Positions 38,352 through 47,347 of a DNA stretch of 64,000 nt are shown piece by piece. A program made the position numbers and the translations under genes. The stretch covers positions 64,001-128,000 of the forward strand of contig CAVYCN010000004.1 in assembly GCA_963767005.1 (NCBI GenBank), in the 5' to 3' direction. The notes beneath the pieces are model-generated. The model worked only from the letters and a program-made list of their open reading frames with translations. It was not told the origin of the DNA and did not search any database. The stretch is from an uncultured Actinomycetes bacterium. GTDB taxonomy: Bacteria; Actinomycetota; Thermoleophilia; UBA2241. The first letter of the stretch is position 1, and the number at the start of each line of letters is the position of its first letter.

Positions 38352-39623
38352 CTACCGCTTCCAGGGATGCGACGCGGCCACGCAGGCGAGCGACTCCTCG
38401 ACCACGTCGAGGGCGCGCGTCAGGTCGGCCTCGGTGTGGCGGTAGCAGATGTACCAGTGGTGGTAGGGCTGCACGAACAGGCCGCGCCGGATGCACTGCG
38501 TGTAAAACTCGGTGCGGCGCTCCTTGTAGTGGTCGTCGACGTGGTCGAAGGTGAGGAACGGCATCGGCGGGATCCCGCTCCTGGTGACCGGCACGCCCGA
38601 GGCGTCGACGATCGCGCCGAGCCGCTCGAGGAACCGCGTGCCGCGCTCCCAGATCGCGTCCTGCACCTTCTCGCGCTCGAGGATGTCGAGGCACTTCATG
38701 CTGGCCGCCATCTCGAGGCTGTTGGGGAAGTACGTCGAGCTCAGGAAGGCGTCCTTCACGTAGACGCTCATGACCTCGCGCTTGCCGACCAGGGCGGCGA
38801 TCGAGTAGCCGTTGGCCATCGCCTTGCCGACGGTCGTCAGGTCGGGCGTCACGCCGTAGCGCTCGCTCGCGCCGCCCATCGACACGCGAAAACCGGTACG
38901 GATCTCGTCGAAGGTGAGCACCGCGCCGTTGGCGTGCGTGAGCTCCTTGACGGCCTCGAGATAGCCCGGCGGGGGGGCCATGACGGGCTTGGCCATGGGG
39001 TGTCCGACCGGGGTGACGATGACGCCGGCCACCTTGCCGGGGTTCTCGGCGAAGACGCGCTCGAGATCGGCGATGTCGCCGTACTCGAACTCCTTGGTGA
39101 GCTCCCAGACGGCCTGCGGCACGCCGCCGTGATGCTCGACGCACCAGTCGCCCCAGCCGTGGTAGCCGCAGCGCGCGACGACTTCGCGGCCGGTGAAGGC
39201 GCGCATGGCGCGCACGGCGGCGTTGGTGGCGTCGGAACCGGTCTTCACGAGGATCGTCTGCTCGCCGCAGGGCATGATGTCGGCGAGGCGCTGCTCGAGC
39301 TCGTTCTGCAGCGGCTGCACCAGGCTGAAGCAGAAACCCTTGTCCATCTGTGCCTTGGCGGCGTCGTTGATCTCGGGCTCGACGTAGCCGAGGATGATCG
39401 GCCCGTAGGCGCAGAGCATGTCGATGTACTCGTTGCCGTCGACGTCGAAGATATGGCCGCCCTCGCCGTGAGTGATGAAGACCGGGTATTCGCCGATCAC
39501 GAAGTTGTAGGGCCGGCGGATGCCGCCGACGCCGCCCGGGGTAAGGCGTTGCGCGTCGTCGAGCATCGACATCGACTTCGCGAGGTTCAGCTTGGGCGCG
39601 CTCTGCACGGATCGTGTGGTCAT
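38352..39623 (-). CDS. kat: 3-aminobutyryl-CoA aminotransferase (class III, HemL-like)
   Basis: PGGVGGIRRPYNFV.GEYP, CAYGPII, KGFCFSL, KTGSDAT, GYHGW, DEIRTGFR, GKAMANG, FVQPYHH..ICYRHT match my recollection of Cloacimonas Kat; adjacent to kce. Confidence 0.82.
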   Translation of the reverse strand: MTTRSVQSAPKLNLAKSMSMLDDAQRLTPGGVGGIRRPYNFVIGEYPVFITHGEGGHIFDVDGNEYIDMLCAYGPIILGYVEPEINDAAKAQMDKGFCFSLVQPLQNELEQRLADIMPCGEQTILVKTGSDATNAAVRAMRAFTGREVVARCGYHGWGDWCVEHHGGVPQAVWELTKEFEYGDIADLERVFAENPGKVAGVIVTPVGHPMAKPVMAPPPGYLEAVKELTHANGAVLTFDEIRTGFRVSMGGASERYGVTPDLTTVGKAMANGYSIAALVGKREVMSVYVKDAFLSSTYFPNSLEMAASMKCLDILEREKVQDAIWERGTRFLERLGAIVDASGVPVTRSGIPPMPFLTFDHVDDHYKERRTEFYTQCIRRGLFVQPYHHWYICYRHTEADLTRALDVVEESLACVAASHPWKR

Positions 39624-39872
39624 GCGTGACTCCTTTTCATGCGAAAGATGCGTCGATTCTATGCCTTCCGCGAGGCCCGGCCGCCGCCCGCCGCGGCCGC
39701 CGCGGCGTTCGGCGGCCGGCCGTGCTGGACATCGCGGCGACCGGGTCGTTTCAGCCGGGGTCGGACAGGCGGCGGCGCAGCGCGGCGCGGCGGCGCAGCG
39801 CGGCGCGGCGCCGCAGGACCGCGGCGGCGCCGTGACCGCCGGGGGCCGGCGGCCGCGATGGACGGCACCGGC

Positions 39873-40808
39873 TCACGCCGGCGCCGTCCCGTCGGCGACC
39901 GCGTCGCGCTCGCCGAAGAGCACGACGAGCAGGCCCGCCAGGATGATGAGCGCGCCGCCCACGATGGTCCAGGTCGCCGGCCGCTGGCCGAGCAGCAGCA
40001 GGGCGTAGAGCGGGGCGCTCACCGGCTCGAGGTAGCCGAGGATCGAGGAGTGCTGCACGCGGATGCGGCTCACGCCCTCGGTCCACAGGGTGTAGGCGAG
40101 GGCCGTGCAGACCAGGCCGAGCAGGACGCCGATCAGCAGGTCGTGGCCGGACAGGGAGCGGCCGGCGCCCACCGTCTGCCACAGCGCGAGCGGCAGCAGG
40201 ACGACGGCGTCGATCACCATCTCGCTGATCACGATGGTGACGGCGCCGACGCCGCGATCGGTCAGGTCCTTGACGACGAGCTGGAAGGTGGCGTAGCCGA
40301 TGCCCGACACCGTGCCGGCCGCGAGACCGACCGTCGATACGCGCACGCCCTGCCCGAGGACGCCCGGCACGAGGATCGTCACGAGGCCGGCGAGGGCGAC
40401 CGCAAGCGCTACGTAGACCAGTGGCTCGGTGCGGACGTGGAGCAGGCGCGGCGCGGCGAGCGCCACGTACACGGGCGCCGCGAACTCGAGGAACATGCCG
40501 ATCGAGACGTTCGTGTCGCGCAGCGCGACGAAGAAGAGTAGCAGCGTGGCCGCGTCGACCAGACCCATGAGGAGCAGGCGCGGCGCGATCCCGGGACGTC
40601 GCACGCCGGCGAGCGGCCGGCGGCGCGCGAAGACGGCGCCCAGCACGACGCCGGCCGTCGCGAAGCGCACCACGAGCAGCGCGCTCTCGGGGGCGGTCGT
40701 CGAGTCGACGAGCGCCCCGATCGCCCCCATGATCAGGTACGACACACCGACCAGAGCGTAGCCGCGCAGGGCGTTGCGACGGGCCGTGACGGCGGTGTCC
40801 GGCGTCAT
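39873..40808 (-). CDS. EamA/DMT family transporter
   Basis: 10 TM; VQHSSILGYLEPVSAP; ATG 40808. Confidence 0.88.
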   Translation of the reverse strand: MTPDTAVTARRNALRGYALVGVSYLIMGAIGALVDSTTAPESALLVVRFATAGVVLGAVFARRRPLAGVRRPGIAPRLLLMGLVDAATLLLFFVALRDTNVSIGMFLEFAAPVYVALAAPRLLHVRTEPLVYVALAVALAGLVTILVPGVLGQGVRVSTVGLAAGTVSGIGYATFQLVVKDLTDRGVGAVTIVISEMVIDAVVLLPLALWQTVGAGRSLSGHDLLIGVLLGLVCTALAYTLWTEGVSRIRVQHSSILGYLEPVSAPLYALLLLGQRPATWTIVGGALIILAGLLVVLFGERDAVADGTAPA

Positions 40809-41731
40809 GGGTCGCCGGCCTCGACCGGCGCGGCCGTAGCGGGAGCGACGTCGCTCTCGCCCGCGCCGAAGCGCACTACGATCACGCCGGCGCCGATGAT
40901 GAGGACGCCGCCGGCGACGGTCCACAGCGACGGCACCTGGCTCAGGAAGACCAGGGCGTAGATGGGCGCGCTCACCGGCTCGACGTAGCCGATGATGCCG
41001 GAGTGCTGCACCTTGATGAAGCGCATGCCGTCCATCACCAGGCTGAAGGCGAGCGCCGTGCAGACGACGCCGAGATAGGCGGCGATGCCGAAGTTGCGCA
41101 GCGTGAAGTCGGCCGCCGGCGTCTGCAGCAGACCCAGCGGCAGCAGCACGGCGGCGGCCAGCACGCTCATCGCGAACACGATGGTCGTGGCGTGGACCTC
41201 GCGGCGCCGGAGCTGTTTGCCGCCGATCAGGTAGATCGAGTACATGACGCCGGCGAGCGTGGCGAAGAAGAGGCCGTAGGGCGTGAGCCGTACGCTTTCG
41301 CCGGTAAGGCCGGGCACCAGGATGAGGGCCATGCCGGCCAGGCCGACGCCGACGGCGGCGTAGACCGCGCCCTCGGTGCGCCCGCCCTCCAGGTGCGGAG
41401 CGACGAAGGCGATGTAGAGCGGCGCCAGGTACGACAGGAAGATGGCGACCGCGACGCCCGTCTGGCGGATGGCGATGAAGTAGCTCACGAGGTTCACCGC
41501 GAGGGCGACGCCCAGGATCAGCAGGCGCACGGTCGTGCCGCGGTCGGCGACCAGAGTGCGAAAGTCGCGACGCACGGCGACGACGACGCCCAGGACGAGG
41601 GCGGCGAACAGCATGCGCACCGCGACGAGCATGACCGAGGGCATGGTCGCGTAGGTCACGAAGACACCGATCGAGCCGTTGATGAGTCCGGCCGTGAGGG
41701 TCTCGCCATAGCCGCGCAGACGGTGGCTCAC
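40805..41731 (-). CDS. EamA/DMT family transporter
   Basis: 10 TM; VQHSGIIGYVEPVSAP; GTGA overlap. Confidence 0.88.
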   Translation of the reverse strand: MSHRLRGYGETLTAGLINGSIGVFVTYATMPSVMLVAVRMLFAALVLGVVVAVRRDFRTLVADRGTTVRLLILGVALAVNLVSYFIAIRQTGVAVAIFLSYLAPLYIAFVAPHLEGGRTEGAVYAAVGVGLAGMALILVPGLTGESVRLTPYGLFFATLAGVMYSIYLIGGKQLRRREVHATTIVFAMSVLAAAVLLPLGLLQTPAADFTLRNFGIAAYLGVVCTALAFSLVMDGMRFIKVQHSGIIGYVEPVSAPIYALVFLSQVPSLWTVAGGVLIIGAGVIVVRFGAGESDVAPATAAPVEAGDP

Positions 41732-42654
41732 GCCGGCACCTCGGTCTCGGCCCTGCCCAGCGCGATGGCCAGGGCGCCGGCCGCGATAATCAAAGCGCCG
41801 CCGAGCCAGGTTGTGAGCGGCGGCCGCTCGGCGACCAGCAGGAGCGCCCACACCGGTGCCGTGACCGGCTCGAGGTAGCCGAGTATGCCGGCGTGCTCGA
41901 CCGGAACGAAGCGCAGGCCGTCCGTGAACAGGCTGAAGCACAGGGCTGTGTAGACGAGGCCCATCACGGCGACGATGGCCACGTCGCCGCCGGTGAGCCG
42001 GTAGTGGCCGGCGGCCGTCTGCCAGACCGCGATCGGCAGGATCAGCACGACCGAGCACACGCAGTAGAACAGGGTGTACGTGGTGCCGCGGATCCCCTCG
42101 CCCAGACCCTTGACCTGCAGGAGGGCGGCGGCGTAGCAGCCCCCGGCGACGAGGCCGCAGACTATGCCCGGCAGCACGTGCGATGAGCCGGCCAGCGTGA
42201 GCGTCGGCACGACGATCAACGCCATGCCGGCAACGGCGAGGACGATCGCCGCCGTGTCGCTGCGCTCGCGTCTGGTATGCAGCACCCAGGGCGCGACGAT
42301 CACGATGTAGACGGGCGCCATGTACTCGAGGGCGATGCCGATGGCCACGCCGGCCAGGCGGATCGCGGCGAAGTAGAAGAGCATCTCGCAGGCCACCGTG
42401 CAGCCGACCAGCACCAGGCGCCACGGGTGTCCCAAGCGGCGCACCTCGGCGACGCCGCCGGTGAGCAGGAACAGCGGCCCGAGCACGAGGCCGGCGAGCG
42501 CCATGCGCAGCACGAGCAGCAGGCTGGCCGGCGCGTGAGAGATCATGAGGAGCGCACCCGACGTGCCCAGGATCAGGGAGGCGCCGCCGATCTCGGCGTA
42601 GCCGCGCAGGCGGCGGCGCGCGCCGGCCGACAGCGGGACCGAGTCGATGGTCAT
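41728..42654 (-). CDS. EamA/DMT family transporter
   Basis: 10 TM; VEHAGILGYLEPVTAP; ATG 42654. Confidence 0.88.
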   Translation of the reverse strand: MTIDSVPLSAGARRRLRGYAEIGGASLILGTSGALLMISHAPASLLLVLRMALAGLVLGPLFLLTGGVAEVRRLGHPWRLVLVGCTVACEMLFYFAAIRLAGVAIGIALEYMAPVYIVIVAPWVLHTRRERSDTAAIVLAVAGMALIVVPTLTLAGSSHVLPGIVCGLVAGGCYAAALLQVKGLGEGIRGTTYTLFYCVCSVVLILPIAVWQTAAGHYRLTGGDVAIVAVMGLVYTALCFSLFTDGLRFVPVEHAGILGYLEPVTAPVWALLLVAERPPLTTWLGGALIIAAGALAIALGRAETEVPA

Positions 42655-42677
42655 GCGCGACCCCCTACGGCCGGCGG

Positions 42678-44462
42678 TCAGGAGAAGCCGAGCTCGGCGG
42701 TGAAGACCTCGTGGAACTGGCGGTCGGTGGCCAGGTCGAGGAACTCGATGCGGCGCGCGAGCTCGCTCATGGCGCGCCGCTCCTCGACGTCGATGAGCGC
42801 CATCTGCGCGCCCACGCCGGCGGCGTTGCCGACGAAGGCGATGCGCTCGCGCGGCACGTCGGGCAGCAGGCCGATGGCGAGCGCGTTGTCGACGTCGAGC
42901 TCGTTGCCGAAGGCGCCGGCCACCAGGACCTGGTCGAGCCCGGCGGGCTCGAGCCCGGCGTGGGCGAGCAGCAGCCTGCAGCCGCTGGCGATCGCCGCCT
43001 TGGCGAGCTGCAGCGAGCGCACGTCGTGCTGCGTGAAGACGATGTCGCCCTGCGGCCCCGTCGCGAGGACGTATTCGAGGCCCGGCCCGCTGTCGCTCGA
43101 GCGCACGCGGGCGTGCGGCTGCAGGCGACCGCTGGCGTCGACCACGCCGGCCGCCACGAGGCCGGCCAGCAGGTCGACCACGCCGGATCCGCAGATGCCG
43201 AGCGGCTCGCGCCCGCCGATCGCGCGCACGTCGCGCGGCTCGCCGTCGGGGCCCAGCGAGACGCGCTCGATCGCGCCCTCGACGGCCTTCACGCCGCAAC
43301 TGATCTGGTAGCCCTCGAAGGCCGGGCCCGAGGCGCAGCTCGTGACGATCACTCGACCCTCGTGGACCAGGGCGATCTCGGTGTTGGTGCCGATGTCAAT
43401 CGCGAGGCGGGGCGTCGTCGACTGGGCCAGGCGAGTGGCGGCGATCACGGCCAGACAGTCCGAGCCGACGAAGCCGGCGATCGGCGGCGGAAAGTGGACG
43501 CCGCCCTCGGGGTTCATGGCGAAGCCGAGCTCGGCGGCGCGCAGGGTGAGCGGCGCGGCGGTGGCCGGCGCGAAGGGCGCTGCGCCGAGACCGACGGCCG
43601 ACAGCCCCAGGGCCAGATGGTGCATGGCCGTGTTGCCCACGAGGGTCATGTCGTAGAGGTGACGCGGGGCGATCGCCTGGCGTGCGCAGAGCGTCGCGAG
43701 CAGCTTGTTGACGCCACCGCGCGCGGCGCGCCGCAGGTCGTCGAGACGGCCGTCATGGATCGCCTGGGTGAGACGGGTGACGACGTCCTCGCCGAAGCGC
43801 ATCTGCGGGTTCTCGAGCGCCTCCTGGTCGATCTGCCGCCCGCTCTCGAGGTCGAACAGGTAGGCGATGATCTTGGAGGTGCCGACGTCGACGGCCACGC
43901 CGAAGGCGGGGCCGTCGACGTCGGCCGTCTCGACGTCGACCGGGCGGCCTTCGTAGCGCGTCACGACGGCCTGGTAGCCGCCCGCGCGCAGCGTCGCGGG
44001 CAGGGTGCGGGTCACGCCGAGCGGCAGGTCGTAGTCGCCCAGGACGGCGAGCAGCCGCTCGCGGTCGGCGCGCGCGTCGGCGAGCGTCGGCGGCTCGAGG
44101 GTCACGACCTCGCGCGCGACCGCCGGATGCGGCTCGCCGGGGTGCAGGCGCGACGTCGTCAGGATCTGGCGGCGGCCCTGGGTGGCCCGTACCTCGATGC
44201 TCACCCGCTCGGAGAGCGGCACGGTCTGGCAGGCGAGCCGCCAGCCCTGCGCGAGGCGGCTCGCGGGCACCTTGCCGCGCTCGATCTCGGTGGGCTCGCT
44301 GAAGCTGCCGGCGCCGGTGCGCACCAGGCACTTGCCGCACGTGCCGCGGCCGGCGCAGTCGACGGGCACGTCGACGGCGCCGCTCGTGACGACGGCGAGC
44401 AGCGACTCGCCGTCTTCGATCTCGACGGTCACGCCGATGGGCTCGACGAACACCTTGGTCAC
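42678..44462 (-). CDS. RACo/RamA-type ATP-dependent corrinoid reductive activator (2Fe-2S + ASKHA)
   Basis: CAGRGTCGKC...RLACQ; VDVGT, NPQMRFGEDVVTR, GNTAMHHL, GFVGSD, DIGTNTE, CASGPAFEG, GICGSG, LAKAAI, AGAFG. Confidence 0.9.
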   Translation of the reverse strand: MTKVFVEPIGVTVEIEDGESLLAVVTSGAVDVPVDCAGRGTCGKCLVRTGAGSFSEPTEIERGKVPASRLAQGWRLACQTVPLSERVSIEVRATQGRRQILTTSRLHPGEPHPAVAREVVTLEPPTLADARADRERLLAVLGDYDLPLGVTRTLPATLRAGGYQAVVTRYEGRPVDVETADVDGPAFGVAVDVGTSKIIAYLFDLESGRQIDQEALENPQMRFGEDVVTRLTQAIHDGRLDDLRRAARGGVNKLLATLCARQAIAPRHLYDMTLVGNTAMHHLALGLSAVGLGAAPFAPATAAPLTLRAAELGFAMNPEGGVHFPPPIAGFVGSDCLAVIAATRLAQSTTPRLAIDIGTNTEIALVHEGRVIVTSCASGPAFEGYQISCGVKAVEGAIERVSLGPDGEPRDVRAIGGREPLGICGSGVVDLLAGLVAAGVVDASGRLQPHARVRSSDSGPGLEYVLATGPQGDIVFTQHDVRSLQLAKAAIASGCRLLLAHAGLEPAGLDQVLVAGAFGNELDVDNALAIGLLPDVPRERIAFVGNAAGVGAQMALIDVEERRAMSELARRIEFLDLATDRQFHEVFTAELGFS

Positions 44463-44483
44463 GTCTGTCTCTCCGGGTCGACG

Positions 44484-44516
44484 CGGCGGGCGGCGGCCCG
44501 CGGCCGCCGCCCGCCG
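44484..44516. terminator. Perfect GC hairpin between kamA and the RACo gene (terminator or mRNA stabiliser)
   Basis: cggcgggcggcggcc-cgc-ggccgccgcccgccg, 15-bp stem, no U-tract. Confidence 0.45.
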
Positions 44517-44571
44517 TCTGCTTGTCTCGGGCGCGCCGGCCGAGCGGCGCAGCCTCGCGGGCTCCTGCGGG

Positions 44572-45858
44572 CTAGTCCTGCATGCGCGCCTTGCGGTCGG
44601 CGATCTTCTTCAGGCGCGCGTCCCAGACCTCGCTGAGCGTCGGGCCGTGATCGTCGTACATGCCGGCCACTCCGAGGCGCTGGCGCTCGGCCGCGCAGTC
44701 GGGGCAGTGGCACTCGGGCTCGACGTAGTCGTCGGGCTCGGTGTACTTGCTGATGACGCCCTCGTAGTTGCGCAGGATCACGTGGCCCGGAGCCTGCGAG
44801 ATCATGTACTGCGGCATGACCGGCGTCTTCCCGCCGCCGCCGACCGCGTCGATGATGTAGGTCGGCACCGCGAAGCCCGAGGTGTGGCCGCGCAGGCTCT
44901 CGGCGATCTCGATGCCCTTGGCCACGCTGGTGCGAAAGTGCGACGTGCCCTCGGCGAGGTCGCACTGGTAGAAGTAGTAGGGCCGCACGCGCGCCATCAC
45001 GAGCTTGTGGACGAGGCGCTTCATGACGTTGGCGCAGTCGTTGACACCGCGCATGAGCACCGTCTGGTTGCCGAGCGGGATGCCGGCGTCGGCCAGCATG
45101 GCGCACGCTCGGATGGAGTCTTCGGTGAACTCCTTGGGATGGTTGAAGTGCGTGTTCAGGAAGAGCGGATGGTACTTCTTGAGCATCGCGCAGAGCTCGG
45201 GGGTCACGCGCTGCGGGCAGACCACCGGTACGCGCGAGCCGATGCGCACGACCTCGACGTGGTCGATCGCGCGCACGCGGGCGATGATCTCCTCGAGCTT
45301 GTCGTCGGCGAGCACGAGCGGATCGCCGCCCGACAGCAGCACGTCGCGCACCTCGGGCGAGCGCTCGATGTACTTGATCGCATTGTCGAGCTCGGCCTGG
45401 GGGACGGCCTGCTCGTGGCTGCCCACGTGGCGCCGCCGGGTGCAGTGCCGGCAGTACATGGAGCACATCTCGGTGACGGTGAACAGCACGCGGTCGGGAT
45501 AGCGATGCGTGATGTGCGGCGTGGGCGAATCGACATCTTCGGAGACGGAGTCCTTGAGGTCTTCGGGGCGCACGACGAGCTCGGCCGACGTCGGCACGGC
45601 CTGCATGCGCACGGGGTCGTGCGGGTCGTCGGGGTCGATCAGCGAGGCGTAGTAGGGCGTGACCGACACGCGGAACTTGCCCATGCAGGCTTCGAGGTCG
45701 GCGCGCTGCTCGGGCGTGAGGTTCAGCACCTGCTCGAAGTCGGCGACCGTGGTCAGCCGGTTGGCCAGCTGCCAGTGGTAGTCGTTCCACTGCGCGTCGG
45801 TCACGTCGTTGAAGCGCGGGATGTCTTTCCAGTGTCGCGGTGTCGTCTGCACGGTCAT
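44572..45858 (-). CDS. kamA: Lysine 2,3-aminomutase (radical SAM/PLP)
   Basis: THRYPDRVLF, CSMYCRHCTRRR, LSGGDPL, THFNHP, GHTSG, GGGGKTP, LRNYEG, C-terminal CHCPDC; SD GAGGAGGAG before ATG 45858. Confidence 0.93.
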   Translation of the reverse strand: MTVQTTPRHWKDIPRFNDVTDAQWNDYHWQLANRLTTVADFEQVLNLTPEQRADLEACMGKFRVSVTPYYASLIDPDDPHDPVRMQAVPTSAELVVRPEDLKDSVSEDVDSPTPHITHRYPDRVLFTVTEMCSMYCRHCTRRRHVGSHEQAVPQAELDNAIKYIERSPEVRDVLLSGGDPLVLADDKLEEIIARVRAIDHVEVVRIGSRVPVVCPQRVTPELCAMLKKYHPLFLNTHFNHPKEFTEDSIRACAMLADAGIPLGNQTVLMRGVNDCANVMKRLVHKLVMARVRPYYFYQCDLAEGTSHFRTSVAKGIEIAESLRGHTSGFAVPTYIIDAVGGGGKTPVMPQYMISQAPGHVILRNYEGVISKYTEPDDYVEPECHCPDCAAERQRLGVAGMYDDHGPTLSEVWDARLKKIADRKARMQD

Positions 45859-45994
45859 GTCGTCTCCTCCTCGCGGCGCCCCCCCGGCGATCCGCACGTC
45901 GTCTTGCGTCGCCGTCCGGCCCCTGGCGAGAGGGACCGCCCGGCCGCGGCCGCCGCCTGCGCGGTGGCCGCCAGGTGCTGATCAGGTCGCACGA

Positions 45995-47347
45995 TCACAA
46001 CCCCGCCGTTGCGATGATACGCCGAAGCGTCTCCAGCTTCTCCCGGCCGAGTGGCGGCGCCTCGTGGCCGGCGACGAGCTCGCCGGCCAGCGCCGCGGCG
46101 CGCTCGGCCGCGCCGGGCCGGCCCTCGCGGCGCCAGGCCTCGTAGGGACTGCGGTCGAACAGCCGCGGACGCCACACGTCCTTCATGTGACGCCGCGTGT
46201 GGCGCTGGGCGAGGGCGTTGCCGCCGATGCCGACCGCGGCGATCGTGTCGAGCGCCATGGTCTCGTCGTCGACGGCGATGCCGGCGGCGACCGCCGTCAC
46301 GTTCGACCATGTCTCGGCGTCGAGCACGAGCTGGGCCGGTGAATACACCGTGCCGCCGTCGGTGTGGCCGGCGGCGGCCATGAGCGCAGCGCCGCCCAGG
46401 GCGGCGGCGAGCGCGAACGCCGTACCGTCGGCGGCCGACAGCCACTCGTCGGCGGCGGGACGCGTCGGCGGAAAACCGGCCGCGAGCGGCAGGCCGGCGT
46501 AGGCCGCGAGCTGGCAGAGACCGGCGAGCGTGGCGACGCCGGCCGGCCCCAGGCCAAAGCCCGGCGCGTGCTCCTCGACCGCCGCCGGCAGGGCCGGCAC
46601 GATGAAGGCCGAGCCGGGCGCCGCGAGCTGCTGGACGGCGCAGGCGGCCAGGGCCGCGGCGTGCACGGCGACAAGGGCCTCGCCGGGCGTGGCCGGCGGC
46701 TCGTCGAGGACCGGCTGCGCAAAGCAGCCGCACGGCAGACCGGCGCGCGCGCAGGCGAGCAGCGGGTCGAGATCACGCTGCTCGCGGCTGTGCACCACGA
46801 CGCCGAGCGGCGGCGGCGACCCCGGCTCGCGCCCACCGAGCGCCGCCGCGACGGCGATCACCGCGCCGGCCTGGGCCGCGCTCATGGCGCCGCAGACCAG
46901 CACCGGCCTGGCGGTGGCCTCGAGGGCGGCGGGCAGCTCGGCGAGACGGCGCGTCGGCACGCCGACGACGGCGACCTCGGGCAGGGCGTCGGCGAGCAGA
47001 GCGGCCGCGCCGACGTCGGCGGCGGCGGCGGTGGCGGCCATCAGGCCGCCACCGCCGCCGCCGAACGCCACGTCGCGGTCGGGTGTGCGGCCGGGCAGCA
47101 CGAACGACGCGGGCGCGCGGCCGGCGGCCTCGCGCGTGAGGGCGACGGGCAGGCGCGCGCGGCCGGCGGCGCGGTCGACGGTCGCGCCGGCCTGCTCGAG
47201 CAGGGCCAGCGCCGTTTCACCAGCGACTGCCACGCCGTGGCCCTCGAGCAGCTCGAGGGCCGCGTCGTGCAGGGCGGCGGCGTCGGCCAGTGGGGCGTGG
47301 TGCAGCGGCGGGCTCGACGGCGGCTCCGGTGTGGCGGCATCAGGCAT
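45995..47347 (-). CDS. MttB-superfamily methyltransferase, strongly diverged
   Basis: LHDAALELLEGHGV, AGRAPASFVLPGR; C-terminal ALDTIAAVGIGGNAL..HTRRHMKDVWRP; Ala-rich, shortened core. Confidence 0.7.
   Translation of the reverse strand: MPDAATPEPPSSPPLHHAPLADAAALHDAALELLEGHGVAVAGETALALLEQAGATVDRAAGRARLPVALTREAAGRAPASFVLPGRTPDRDVAFGGGGGGLMAATAAAADVGAAALLADALPEVAVVGVPTRRLAELPAALEATARPVLVCGAMSAAQAGAVIAVAAALGGREPGSPPPLGVVVHSREQRDLDPLLACARAGLPCGCFAQPVLDEPPATPGEALVAVHAAALAACAVQQLAAPGSAFIVPALPAAVEEHAPGFGLGPAGVATLAGLCQLAAYAGLPLAAGFPPTRPAADEWLSAADGTAFALAAALGGAALMAAAGHTDGGTVYSPAQLVLDAETWSNVTAVAAGIAVDDETMALDTIAAVGIGGNALAQRHTRRHMKDVWRPRLFDRSPYEAWRREGRPGAAERAAALAGELVAGHEAPPLGREKLETLRRIIATAGL

Noticed and set aside
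38352-39623. hemL (glutamate-1-semialdehyde aminomutase)
   Set aside because: It lacks the HemL PGGVNSPVR signature, has Kat-like motifs, and no hem genes are adjacent.
44572-45858. AblA (N-acetyl-beta-lysine osmolyte synthesis) or EpmB role for the aminomutase
   Set aside because: No ablB or efp/epmA neighbour; kce and kat nearby favour fermentation.
45859-45994. Lysine or cobalamin riboswitch upstream of kamA
   Set aside because: The region is short and I see no L-box or B12-box consensus.
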